This document shows, piece by piece, positions 7,015 to 15,026 of a stretch of DNA of 20,000 bases. Positions within the stretch are counted from its first letter, which is position 1. Each line of letters begins with the position of its first letter. Under the pieces are notes generated by a model that was not told where the DNA came from, ran no database searches, and was given only the letters and a program-made list of their open reading frames with translations. The translations under genes were made by a program, and so were the position numbers. The DNA comes from an uncultured virus (IMG/VR IMGVR_UViG_3300010365_001574) (taxonomy: Duplodnaviria; Heunggongvirae; Uroviricota; Caudoviricetes), in IMG/VR virus record IMGVR_UViG_3300010365_001574; one strand, written 5' to 3'.

Positions 7015-7347
7015 ATGAGAGAATATTTATTTGTATATGGTCAGTTTAGAGATACTGCTAAAAAGTTATTACAGGATCCTATTTATTGTGGAAAAGCAAC
7101 AATTAATGGTAAAATATACAAAGTCAATGATTTTTATCCAGGGTTTGTTGATGGTAAAGGTAAAGTATTAGGTGATGTTTATTTAATCAATCCTGAATTG
7201 TTTCCAGTACTTGATGAGTTTGAAGGTGATGAGTATATAAGAACCAAAGTAAACACATCAAGTGATATTGAATGTTGGGTATATAAGTATATACATGATG
7301 TTAAAAAATTTGAAGAAGTTAAAGGTGGTGACTGGTGGCTTAGATAA
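7015..7347 (+). CDS. Gamma-glutamylcyclotransferase (GGCT/AIG2-like) family protein
   Basis: YLFVYG, FYPG, VLGDVY, LDEFEG-x-EY-x-R (catalytic Glu motif), CWVY. Confidence 0.9.
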   Translation: MREYLFVYGQFRDTAKKLLQDPIYCGKATINGKIYKVNDFYPGFVDGKGKVLGDVYLINPELFPVLDEFEGDEYIRTKVNTSSDIECWVYKYIHDVKKFEEVKGGDWWLR

Positions 7348-7376
7348 AAAAAACCTACTTATAAAGTAGGTTTTTT
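7348..7376. terminator. Bidirectional intrinsic terminator
   Basis: aaaaaacctactt-ata-aagtaggtttttt between convergent genes. Confidence 0.85.
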
Positions 7377-8693
7377 AGTTTGGTTTAATGGTTCAATTGG
7401 TAGTTTACCACCTTTTTCACCTTTTTTCTTTTTATTTTCAACTCCTTTTTCAAATTCTGAATAAACATCAGGATAAACTTGTCCTTCTGAGTCAGTATCA
7501 TACTTAATATCAAAGAAATCCTCAAAATCAAGTAATCCTGCTCTTGTCAATTCTATCTCCTGCATTTTACCCATATAATCATTAACATGATTATCAATTG
7601 CATCAACAAATACATTAAATAGTTTAACTGTATTCTCTGTAAATACTCCAATTGGTTTTTTCTTTCTTCTGTTAAATGAACCTAATATAACTTTGAAGAT
7701 ATATTCAAGTTTATCACTCTCATCTATGTATTCTTTTGTTAATTTATTGTTAATTAATTCTGTATTTATTTTGAACTTATCTTTATCAAAGAACTCAGGA
7801 ACTATAAAATCAAAGTCAAGTAAATCAGATTTAACTTCTGAAATATAAATATTAAATAATTTACATATCAAGTAAATATAAATCTCATCTTTCTTATCAC
7901 CTTTAAGTTTTACTTGTTCTAAATCAACTGACTGACAGAAATTAAGGAAGTTAAGTAATATCAAAGTGTATATCTCAACAAACTCAGTATCATTATTCTC
8001 ACTTAATCTTCTATATAATGGATTTAATAATTCAAATGAAGTATCATTTGATTTACTTCTAATTATTAACTTTTCAATATTTTTTTGAAATTCATCCTCC
8101 ATTAAAAATGAGTTTTGTAACATAGGATTCAATATCTTATAGAAGAAGAATGTAAATGACTTTTCTCCAAAGATATATTCTAAATCATCTTCACCAGTAT
8201 TGATAAAGTATTTAATAGCTTCAACCATTTTATCAGTAAGTTTTCCCTTGAATACAACTGGAATAACATCAACATCAAACAATCTAGCAAATTCTTCTAA
8301 TTCCTCTAATACAAATTCATACTTACCAGATTTATTAATAGATGTTAGAACTAATTTATTTTTAGGAACTCTATTATATTCAATATTTGCTGGTTGTTCA
8401 TCAGGAAAATATTCAAAACAAAAAGACCACTTTCTATTAAGTAAACTTTTTACTCTACCATCCAAATCATTAAAATAATTTATTGCAGGATTATAATAGT
8501 TCTGCATTGCTAAGTCAATCATATTAATAGGTTCTGCAGATAATGACTTTGGTTTTATTATAAACTCTTTACCATTCCAACTAACCCATATTTTTGAACC
8601 CTGTATATCCTCAAGAACAATAATCTCATTGTTAAATAATTCATTTAGTAATTCAGTGTCTTGATTATTGTTTAATTTTACTAAATTTGACAT
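7359..8693 (-). CDS. RNA ligase (Rnl2-like) nucleotidyltransferase-fold protein, apparently catalytically degenerate
   Basis: Motif order resembles ligases, but motif I reads EDIQGS (no Lys), followed by FCFEY, VIPVVFKG, IEKLIIR (motif IV normally EG) and FELLN (motif V normally K). Confidence 0.55.
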   Translation of the reverse strand: MSNLVKLNNNQDTELLNELFNNEIIVLEDIQGSKIWVSWNGKEFIIKPKSLSAEPINMIDLAMQNYYNPAINYFNDLDGRVKSLLNRKWSFCFEYFPDEQPANIEYNRVPKNKLVLTSINKSGKYEFVLEELEEFARLFDVDVIPVVFKGKLTDKMVEAIKYFINTGEDDLEYIFGEKSFTFFFYKILNPMLQNSFLMEDEFQKNIEKLIIRSKSNDTSFELLNPLYRRLSENNDTEFVEIYTLILLNFLNFCQSVDLEQVKLKGDKKDEIYIYLICKLFNIYISEVKSDLLDFDFIVPEFFDKDKFKINTELINNKLTKEYIDESDKLEYIFKVILGSFNRRKKKPIGVFTENTVKLFNVFVDAIDNHVNDYMGKMQEIELTRAGLLDFEDFFDIKYDTDSEGQVYPDVYSEFEKGVENKKKKGEKGGKLPIEPLNQTKKPTL

Positions 8694-9430
8694 TCTATAT
8701 TATCTTTTTTTATATCCCTATTTATTTTACTACAAAGAGGTTGTAAATTAGTATAGTGATTCAATTTAAGAACTTCATCCTCTGTTTTTGCAATTGATAT
8801 AGGAATTATATGGTCAATATCCCAACCATAGTTTAATTCACCATTATATAATCCATAATTTTCAAAAGTCATCCAATCTTCAAACTTAGACTCTAAATAT
8901 GATTTGAACTCTTCAAAGGAACATCCCAATATTTCTATGGTATTTGATTTTTTTCTAAATTTTCTTTCCACTATTGATCTTCTAATAGAAGATTTAATAT
9001 TTTCAGTTATTGCAAATAAAGGATCATTTATCCTCTTATTTTTGGACCAATTTCTTCTATATTCATTTACTAAATCTTTATTCTCTAAGTTCCAAATTTT
9101 AGCAGTCTCTATCTTACGTTCTTTATTTTCATAATACCATATTTTTGTTCTGTTTGATACACTTTCACTATTTTCAGAATACCAGCTTTTATAATTACTT
9201 CTTATAATTTCTTTATTTGTTTCATAGTAAACCTTTCTCTTATCTTTATTACTATCATTATACTTTTTTTGTATAATTTTTATTTTATCTTTATTATTTT
9301 CACTATACTCATATAGATATTTTTTCTTACATTCCTTACATTGGTTTATATGACCATCTTTACAACGACTACTTTTACCAAAAAAGGACAAATCTTTTAT
9401 AATTTTACAAACTATACATTTTTTACTCAT
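8681..9430 (-). CDS. Free-standing HNH-type homing endonuclease with N-terminal Zn finger (paralog of 4805-5515)
   Basis: CIVC...CKEC and WDIDHIIP...NHYTNLQPL; 60 of 78 C-terminal residues identical to the other copy by manual count. Confidence 0.85.
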   Translation of the reverse strand: MSKKCIVCKIIKDLSFFGKSSRCKDGHINQCKECKKKYLYEYSENNKDKIKIIQKKYNDSNKDKRKVYYETNKEIIRSNYKSWYSENSESVSNRTKIWYYENKERKIETAKIWNLENKDLVNEYRRNWSKNKRINDPLFAITENIKSSIRRSIVERKFRKKSNTIEILGCSFEEFKSYLESKFEDWMTFENYGLYNGELNYGWDIDHIIPISIAKTEDEVLKLNHYTNLQPLCSKINRDIKKDNIECQI

Positions 9431-9457
9431 AATTTGATTTCTTTTTTATATCAAACA

Positions 9458-9465
9458 TATATATT
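9458..9465 (-). promoter_or_regulatory. Putative AATATATA promoter for the second HNH gene
   Basis: Minus strand acAATATATAtg, followed by a short tttgat/atcaaa stem before the ATG. Confidence 0.45.
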
Positions 9466-9466
9466 G

Positions 9467-9754
9467 TTATTCCTCTTGTTTATCATTAAAAAATGATACT
9501 ATTGTATCTAAATTCTCCTTACTAAAACCATCTAATGTACCACCACCTGCTTTTAGATAGTCTTGATACATTTGATTATACTCATCCATTGTATAAATTC
9601 TACCACCAATTTCACTATAAATTACATCAGTATCAAATGAATTTATTGTTTTATTTTGTAATCCAGTCTCACCATATGCAGGTCCAATTGGACCTATAAG
9701 TTCAGTACCACTAAGTTCTTCTTTTATAAAATCAACATACTTTTTAATCTCCAT
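9467..9754 (-). CDS. Small acidic protein, possible internal head protein
   Basis: N-terminus MEIKKYVDFIKEE resembles the T4 capsid-targeting sequence MKTYQEFIAE. Confidence 0.55.
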   Translation of the reverse strand: MEIKKYVDFIKEELSGTELIGPIGPAYGETGLQNKTINSFDTDVIYSEIGGRIYTMDEYNQMYQDYLKAGGGTLDGFSKENLDTIVSFFNDKQEE

Positions 9755-10199
9755 TTTTAACTTCTAATTTTTCAAAATACTCATCCTGTTCCTGTAATGA
9801 ATATCTATTTAACTTGTTATTGTAAATCAAGTTATAAAGAAATCTATCATTTAATTGATGTGTTTCATTCTTCATTATAATCAAACCAAAGTCATCTCCA
9901 TAATTATTAACAACATCCAAAACTGGTAGACTAATTAATCCATTTCTATCATGTAAATCACAAATGACTTTTTTACCTCCATCTAAAAAGAACTTAACCC
10001 TTTCACAAGTAGTATTCTTTGACAGATACATTAAATCCTTATCATCATTTTTATGATTATAAAGTTCAAGAAATTTTTGTTCTCTATTGGTTAAAACACT
10101 CTTTTTTGAAACCTTATTTAATATTCTATTAATTTCAATTTCTTTAAGAGACTCACCAAGTAAATAGTACTTAAACACTTTTTTAATACCCATTTCCAT
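9744..10199 (-). CDS. Hypothetical protein (151 aa)
   Basis: Intact ORF with AATATATA at 10217-10224 upstream; contains an INRILNKV...LTNREQKFL helical-hairpin-like motif. Confidence 0.75.
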   Translation of the reverse strand: MEMGIKKVFKYYLLGESLKEIEINRILNKVSKKSVLTNREQKFLELYNHKNDDKDLMYLSKNTTCERVKFFLDGGKKVICDLHDRNGLISLPVLDVVNNYGDDFGLIIMKNETHQLNDRFLYNLIYNNKLNRYSLQEQDEYFEKLEVKNGD

Positions 10200-10277
10200 A
10201 TGATTATTTCTTAGTTTATATATTAATTATCTATTATAGTAAAAAAGATATAAAATGTTAAAAGGATTAATATTTTT

Positions 10278-10285
10278 AATATATA
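10278..10285 (+). promoter_or_regulatory. Putative phage promoter AATATATA-N4-ATG for the tape-measure-like gene
   Basis: ttttAATATATActttATG. Confidence 0.6.
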
Positions 10286-10289
10286 CTTT

Positions 10290-13200
10290 ATGGATAAACA
10301 GTTATTAGATGGATTAGATAATTTATCAGAAGCTCTTGTTATGATTGCTGAGGCACTTGAGAAGAAAAATGGAAATAGTAATAGCACAACAACAAATGCT
10401 TTAGTAAGTGGTGACTTCACAACTCAGATTAAAGAAATCAATGTTAGTCTTAAATCAATTAAGAAAGACACTAAGAAGATTCTTGAAAGTCAACAAACTA
10501 TATTAGAAATGTCTAAGAAAAAAGACAAGAAAAGTAGTTTAATTGAAGATGTTGGTGGTGATCAAAAAGCAGAGAGCAATCTTAAAAAAGGAGTTTCAAC
10601 TATTCTATTAATTGCAGTTGGTGTTCTTGCTATAGGACTTGCCTTTAAACTAATTGGTAAAGTTGACTTCCTATCTGTTGTTTCTCTTTCATTAGCAATG
10701 GTTTTAGTATCTATTGCATTTGAAAAAATAGCTAAGTTAAAATTAGATATGAAAGAAGCATTCATGGCTTCTGCAGTAATGGTAATAATGTCTGTTGCAA
10801 TAACTATGTCTTCTTGGGTTTTAAGTTTAGTTGCACCACTTAGTTTTACACAACTATTAACAATTGTTTTAATTGCAGGAATGTTTGCAGTTTTATCAAA
10901 TTATTTAGAGAATGTATTTATTGCATCAATTTTATTTAAAAAGTTGAATGTTAACCCATTTCAACTAGTAATAGCACTAGTTAGTATTGCCACAGCAATT
11001 ACATTATCTTCTTGGGTATTAAAAATGGTAACTCCAATATCAATTGGTCAGGCAGTTACTGCTATATTAATTGCAGGAATGTTTTCTGTTATATCATTTG
11101 GAATAGGTGAAATGATTAGTGCATTAGGAAAATCAGGAATGGCTGAATTAGGTAAGTCTATTCTATTCTTACCTCTTATACTACCTGCAATTGCATTAGC
11201 AATTGCAATATCATCTTGGATATTGAAAATGGTAACTCCAATATCATTTCCACAAGCAATAACAGGTATTCTTATTGCAGGAATGTTTACTGTAATTGCA
11301 TATGGTATAGGTAAGTTAGTTGGTTCATTCAAAGACATGAAAGAGAGTGAAATTGCTGCAGCAGTAATTGGATTACCATTACTTCTCCCAGCAATGGCAC
11401 TAGCAATTGCAGTCTCTTCTTGGTTTCTTCAAATGGTTGTACCTATATCATTTGGACAAGCACTTACTGCAATATTAATTGCTGCGGTTTATGTTGTTCT
11501 ATCATATGGTATGGAAAAAATTGTCAAGAGTATTAGTAAAATGGATTGGAAAGATATTCCTAAAATTCCAGTATTCTTTACATTAATGGCATTGGCAATC
11601 TCTGCATCTGCTGTAATTTTTTCAAACTATTCAAAAGAAATTAATGCAGTAACATTTATGATGTTACTTAAAGTACTTATAATAGGTGCTGCAATGGGTA
11701 TAGTTATGGTTATTATTGGGGTTGCAATGAGAATGATAGGTAAATTATCAACAGAAGATGTTATAAAAGTTCCTATTATGTTTACTTTATTAGCAGTTGC
11801 AATAGCTCTTTCTGCTGCAATTTTCTATAATTTTAGAAAAGAAATTGAAGGAATATCATTCATGGCAATGTTTAAAATATTAGTTTTTAGTGTTTGTTTA
11901 GCTATATCAGTTGCAATAATGGCACTAGGTGTAATGATAGTAAATAAAATTGGTGGACCTAAAGATTATCTTATTGGTGGTATATCAATACTAATAATTG
12001 CAACAACAATAATGGCTGCATCATTGATATTAGGATTAGGTGATTATAGTGATGGCAAATATCCTGATTGGAAATGGTCTTTAGGGGTTGGATTATCATT
12101 AATTGCATTTGGTACAGCAGCAGTTATATTAGGAACAATAGCAATGAGTGGTATTGGTGCTCTTGCTATTTTAGCAGGTGCCGCTACTATTTTAGTAGTT
12201 GCAGCAACTATAGTAGCAACATCATTTATTTTAAGTAAAGGTAAGTATGATAAATATCCTACACTTGATTGGTCTTTAGGAGTAGGTCTAAGTATGACTG
12301 GTTTTGGTATGGCAATGGGTCTTCTTGGTACATTCATATTAGGTTCACTTGGATTAGGAATGGTTGCTCTAATGGCAGGAAAAGAAGCAGTTCTTATGAT
12401 TGCAGAAACAATAGTTGAATCTTCATTTATATTACAAAAAGGTAAATATTCTGGTGGACCAACCAAAAAATGGGCTGAAGGAATAGCATTGGCATTAGGA
12501 GCATTTGCACCAGTATATGTAATGTTGGCAACTAATAAAATAATGAGTTTATTTGGTGGAGGAGTTGGTCCTGATGATTTTGCACAAGCAATAAGAACTG
12601 TATCTCAAGGTATTGTAGATGCAGCAAATTACTTTGCAGGTGCAAAAGTGGCATTTTCAGGTGGACCAAGTAAAAAATGGGCCGAAGGTGTAGGTACTGC
12701 AATTGCAGCATTTGCACCTGTATATTCTGCATTAAGTAGTGGTGGTTTCTTTAGTACAAAAGTTACACCAGAAGATATGAAATCAGGAATTCTAACTATA
12801 TCAGATGGTATAATTGCTGCTGCATTAAAATTTGGTAATAATATTGCATTATTTGATATAACAAAGGTACCTTCAAAAACATGGGGGGAAAGTGTTGGGG
12901 CTGCTTTACAAGCATTTGCACCAATATTTACTTATATGAGTGAAAATAGTGGATGGTTTACATCAGGTAAAGATGCAGCTAGTGACATGGTATATGGTAT
13001 TAACTCTGTTGCACAAGCCATAATAACGGTTGCAAAGAGATTTGCATCAGTTAAAGGAAATATATGGGATTCTTATCCAAAAAAAGAATGGATTAATTCA
13101 ATTAAATTTACAATTACTTCTTTTACAGGAATTGTAAAATCTCTTGAAGATACTGATTGGGTAGAATTAGATTCAGTAAGTAGAGTAGCAAGAAAATTGG

Positions 13201-13826
13201 TTGAAACTGCTTCAATACTTTCTAAAGGAAAATTCAATCAAGTTATAGATCCAAACTTCATTAAAAGTCTTTCAAAAAATGTAATTGGATTTGCAGTATT
13301 GGCAAAAAAACTAAGTGATATTAATGAAGGAGATGGTTTACTAAAAACTGCATTTGGTCTAGATCCTGTGTCAAGAACTGCAAACTCCATGGTTAAATTA
13401 GCAAATGCGTATGACAAGATGGCAAATGCACTTAAAAAGTTTGGTGGTGCGTTAGCTTCTATTGATGGTCAGAAAGTAGATGTAATAAGAAGACTTACTG
13501 GTAATATGGCAGTATTGGCCGCAATGAATGAACAAGCCTTTAATTCTATGATGACCACACTTGAAAATAAAGGAAGTGTATTTACACAACTACTTGATGT
13601 AGATAAAACTAAAACTGGACCAGTAGTTGGTGAAGGTAAAGGTAAAAAAGGTGGAGCTATTGAGAAAGCAAAGCCTAAAGGTAAATATGGTGAAACACAC
13701 CAACAATTAGATATTATGATTGATTTACTTAATAATATAAATCATAATACTTCTTCTTTAGATGACTTTTTAGCAAAACAAGGATTTAAAGCAGATGCTG
13801 TTGTTGATTTAACTATGAAAAAATAA
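10290..13826 (+). CDS. Tail tape-measure-like protein (1178 aa)
   Basis: Coiled-coil N-terminus and a long A/G/I/L-rich hydrophobic region with about 68-aa repeats (aaaatggtaactccaatatca at 11022 and 11226). These are followed by about 69-aa GP-x-KKWAEG...AFAPVY repeats (12453, 12660). Confidence 0.75.
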   Translation: MDKQLLDGLDNLSEALVMIAEALEKKNGNSNSTTTNALVSGDFTTQIKEINVSLKSIKKDTKKILESQQTILEMSKKKDKKSSLIEDVGGDQKAESNLKKGVSTILLIAVGVLAIGLAFKLIGKVDFLSVVSLSLAMVLVSIAFEKIAKLKLDMKEAFMASAVMVIMSVAITMSSWVLSLVAPLSFTQLLTIVLIAGMFAVLSNYLENVFIASILFKKLNVNPFQLVIALVSIATAITLSSWVLKMVTPISIGQAVTAILIAGMFSVISFGIGEMISALGKSGMAELGKSILFLPLILPAIALAIAISSWILKMVTPISFPQAITGILIAGMFTVIAYGIGKLVGSFKDMKESEIAAAVIGLPLLLPAMALAIAVSSWFLQMVVPISFGQALTAILIAAVYVVLSYGMEKIVKSISKMDWKDIPKIPVFFTLMALAISASAVIFSNYSKEINAVTFMMLLKVLIIGAAMGIVMVIIGVAMRMIGKLSTEDVIKVPIMFTLLAVAIALSAAIFYNFRKEIEGISFMAMFKILVFSVCLAISVAIMALGVMIVNKIGGPKDYLIGGISILIIATTIMAASLILGLGDYSDGKYPDWKWSLGVGLSLIAFGTAAVILGTIAMSGIGALAILAGAATILVVAATIVATSFILSKGKYDKYPTLDWSLGVGLSMTGFGMAMGLLGTFILGSLGLGMVALMAGKEAVLMIAETIVESSFILQKGKYSGGPTKKWAEGIALALGAFAPVYVMLATNKIMSLFGGGVGPDDFAQAIRTVSQGIVDAANYFAGAKVAFSGGPSKKWAEGVGTAIAAFAPVYSALSSGGFFSTKVTPEDMKSGILTISDGIIAAALKFGNNIALFDITKVPSKTWGESVGAALQAFAPIFTYMSENSGWFTSGKDAASDMVYGINSVAQAIITVAKRFASVKGNIWDSYPKKEWINSIKFTITSFTGIVKSLEDTDWVELDSVSRVARKLVETASILSKGKFNQVIDPNFIKSLSKNVIGFAVLAKKLSDINEGDGLLKTAFGLDPVSRTANSMVKLANAYDKMANALKKFGGALASIDGQKVDVIRRLTGNMAVLAAMNEQAFNSMMTTLENKGSVFTQLLDVDKTKTGPVVGEGKGKKGGAIEKAKPKGKYGETHQQLDIMIDLLNNINHNTSSLDDFLAKQGFKADAVVDLTMKK

Positions 13827-13850
13827 ACTTATTAAAATAATATAATATAA
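13825..13850 (+). promoter_or_regulatory. Putative promoter AAAC-N17-TATAA
   Basis: AAAC 13825-13828, TATAA 13846-13850, ATG at 13857. Confidence 0.55.
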
Positions 13851-13856
13851 ATTATT

Positions 13857-14285
13857 ATGGCAAATATATCATTTTTTAAAAAACTAAGTTTGTTTTCTTT
13901 CTATAAGAAAACATTAAAGTTAAATAAAGTAAGATTGGAAAGAGAACTTAATGTTAGATTTGACTCTGCCTACAGACTTTATACAGTACTAAACATACCA
14001 GAAGAATTATATGGTGAATTTACTCTTAAAAAATCCGATATTGATAAAATATCTGAGAACTATATAAGAGAATATTCATTTGAAGTTTCTAAATTTTTAA
14101 AATCTATTGGATTAAATGAACTTTTTGAATCCTATGAAATTAGAAAAGTAGATAAATACTCTTATTTAATTGTTATTGGATTCTCATTATTCAGAAGTAA
14201 TGTATTTTATAACAACTTATATTATAAATTCTTACCATTTTTAGGAGTAGTATCAATAGTAACATATTTTTTACTTAAATCCTAA
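13857..14285 (+). CDS. Hypothetical protein with a C-terminal membrane anchor (142 aa)
   Basis: Ends in the hydrophobic stretch FLPFLGVVSIVTYFLL. Confidence 0.75.
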   Translation: MANISFFKKLSLFSFYKKTLKLNKVRLERELNVRFDSAYRLYTVLNIPEELYGEFTLKKSDIDKISENYIREYSFEVSKFLKSIGLNELFESYEIRKVDKYSYLIVIGFSLFRSNVFYNNLYYKFLPFLGVVSIVTYFLLKS

Positions 14286-14310
14286 ACTTTTTTGATTTTT
14301 TAGTTTATAA
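14284..14310 (+). promoter_or_regulatory. Putative promoter AAAC-N18-TATAA
   Basis: AAAC 14284-14287, TATAA 14306-14310, A-rich leader to the ATG at 14331. Confidence 0.55.
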
Positions 14311-14330
14311 CCTTAAAATAAACAAAAAAT

Positions 14331-14780
14331 ATGAACGAAAATTTTTACGAGGTATCAGAAGATACTATTAATGATTTTTTTGAAGTTTTTGATAAAAAAT
14401 CTTTCCCTATTAAAATTGACTTTCAATTCTTAGGACACCGAAAACAAAAAGGTTTAATCAAAATTTCTAAAATTTCAGACCAATACTCAGCTATATTGGC
14501 AATTGAATTAGGTTCTCCAAGAGAACTATTAGTAACTATCAATGAAGATTTAATGGATGCATTTGATGAGGAATCAAGAACTATCCTAATTGAGCAAGAA
14601 ATTGATAAAATCAACATGAATGTTGAGAGTGGAAAAATTAAACTAGTGAAAACTGACTTAAATACATTTGCATCTTTGGTAAATAAGTATGGGGTGGAGA
14701 AGGTCTCACGTGCCAATTCTGTTGAAACTTTACTTATTGAACAAAAAGAAGACCAAGAAAACGATGATTTTATAGTATGA
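14331..14780 (+). CDS. Phage metallopeptidase-like protein lacking HExxH
   Basis: The layout V-x-I-N...F-DEE-x-R-x-ILIEQEIDKI...KIKLVKTDL-x-x-F-x-x-LV-x-KYG recalls putative phage metallopeptidases, but the HELxH position reads QEIDK. Confidence 0.45.
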   Translation: MNENFYEVSEDTINDFFEVFDKKSFPIKIDFQFLGHRKQKGLIKISKISDQYSAILAIELGSPRELLVTINEDLMDAFDEESRTILIEQEIDKINMNVESGKIKLVKTDLNTFASLVNKYGVEKVSRANSVETLLIEQKEDQENDDFIV

Positions 14781-14974
14781 TAGATATGAATTTTATAAAT
14801 TTCTTCATTAGAACTAAATATGATTTATCATTAGAAGAATATTATAATGTTCAGAAATCAACGGTTTCCAATTGGAGAAAAAGGAAAATACCTCAAAAAT
14901 ATATTGATAATTTTTCAAATAGAGAAGGGTCTGATAATATTTATAAATTATTTCAAATAATTTATCCAATTTAA
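14777..14974 (+). CDS. Small helix-turn-helix protein (Cro/CI-like)
   Basis: LEEYYNVQKSTVSNWRKRKIP matches the HTH recognition-helix pattern V-x-x-STVS-x-W; ATGA overlap with the upstream gene. Confidence 0.7.
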   Translation: MIDMNFINFFIRTKYDLSLEEYYNVQKSTVSNWRKRKIPQKYIDNFSNREGSDNIYKLFQIIYPI

Positions 14975-14983
14975 CAAAGGAAG

Positions 14984-15024
14984 AATGTGAACTTTAATAT
15001 ATATAATAAATTAAAGTTCACATT
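14984..15024 (+). promoter_or_regulatory. Perfect 15-bp inverted repeat enclosing AATATATA, 2 nt before the endonuclease ATG
   Basis: aatgtgaactttaat (14984-14998), 11-nt loop atatataataa, attaaagttcacatt (15010-15024). Confidence 0.85.
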
Positions 15025-15026
15025 TT

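Noticed and set aside
8200..9134. Plus-strand ORFs 8200-8478 and 8904-9134
   Set aside because: Entirely antisense to longer genes with recognisable motifs; S/L/F-rich shadow composition.
10223..12732. Minus-strand ORFs 10223-10420, 10562-10765, 11048-11338, 12044-12466 and 12532-12732
   Set aside because: Antisense shadows of the tape-measure-like gene, whose codon usage leaves the opposite strand open.
14423..14716. Minus-strand 97-aa ORF
   Set aside because: Antisense to 14331-14780, with no promoter motif or recognisable features.
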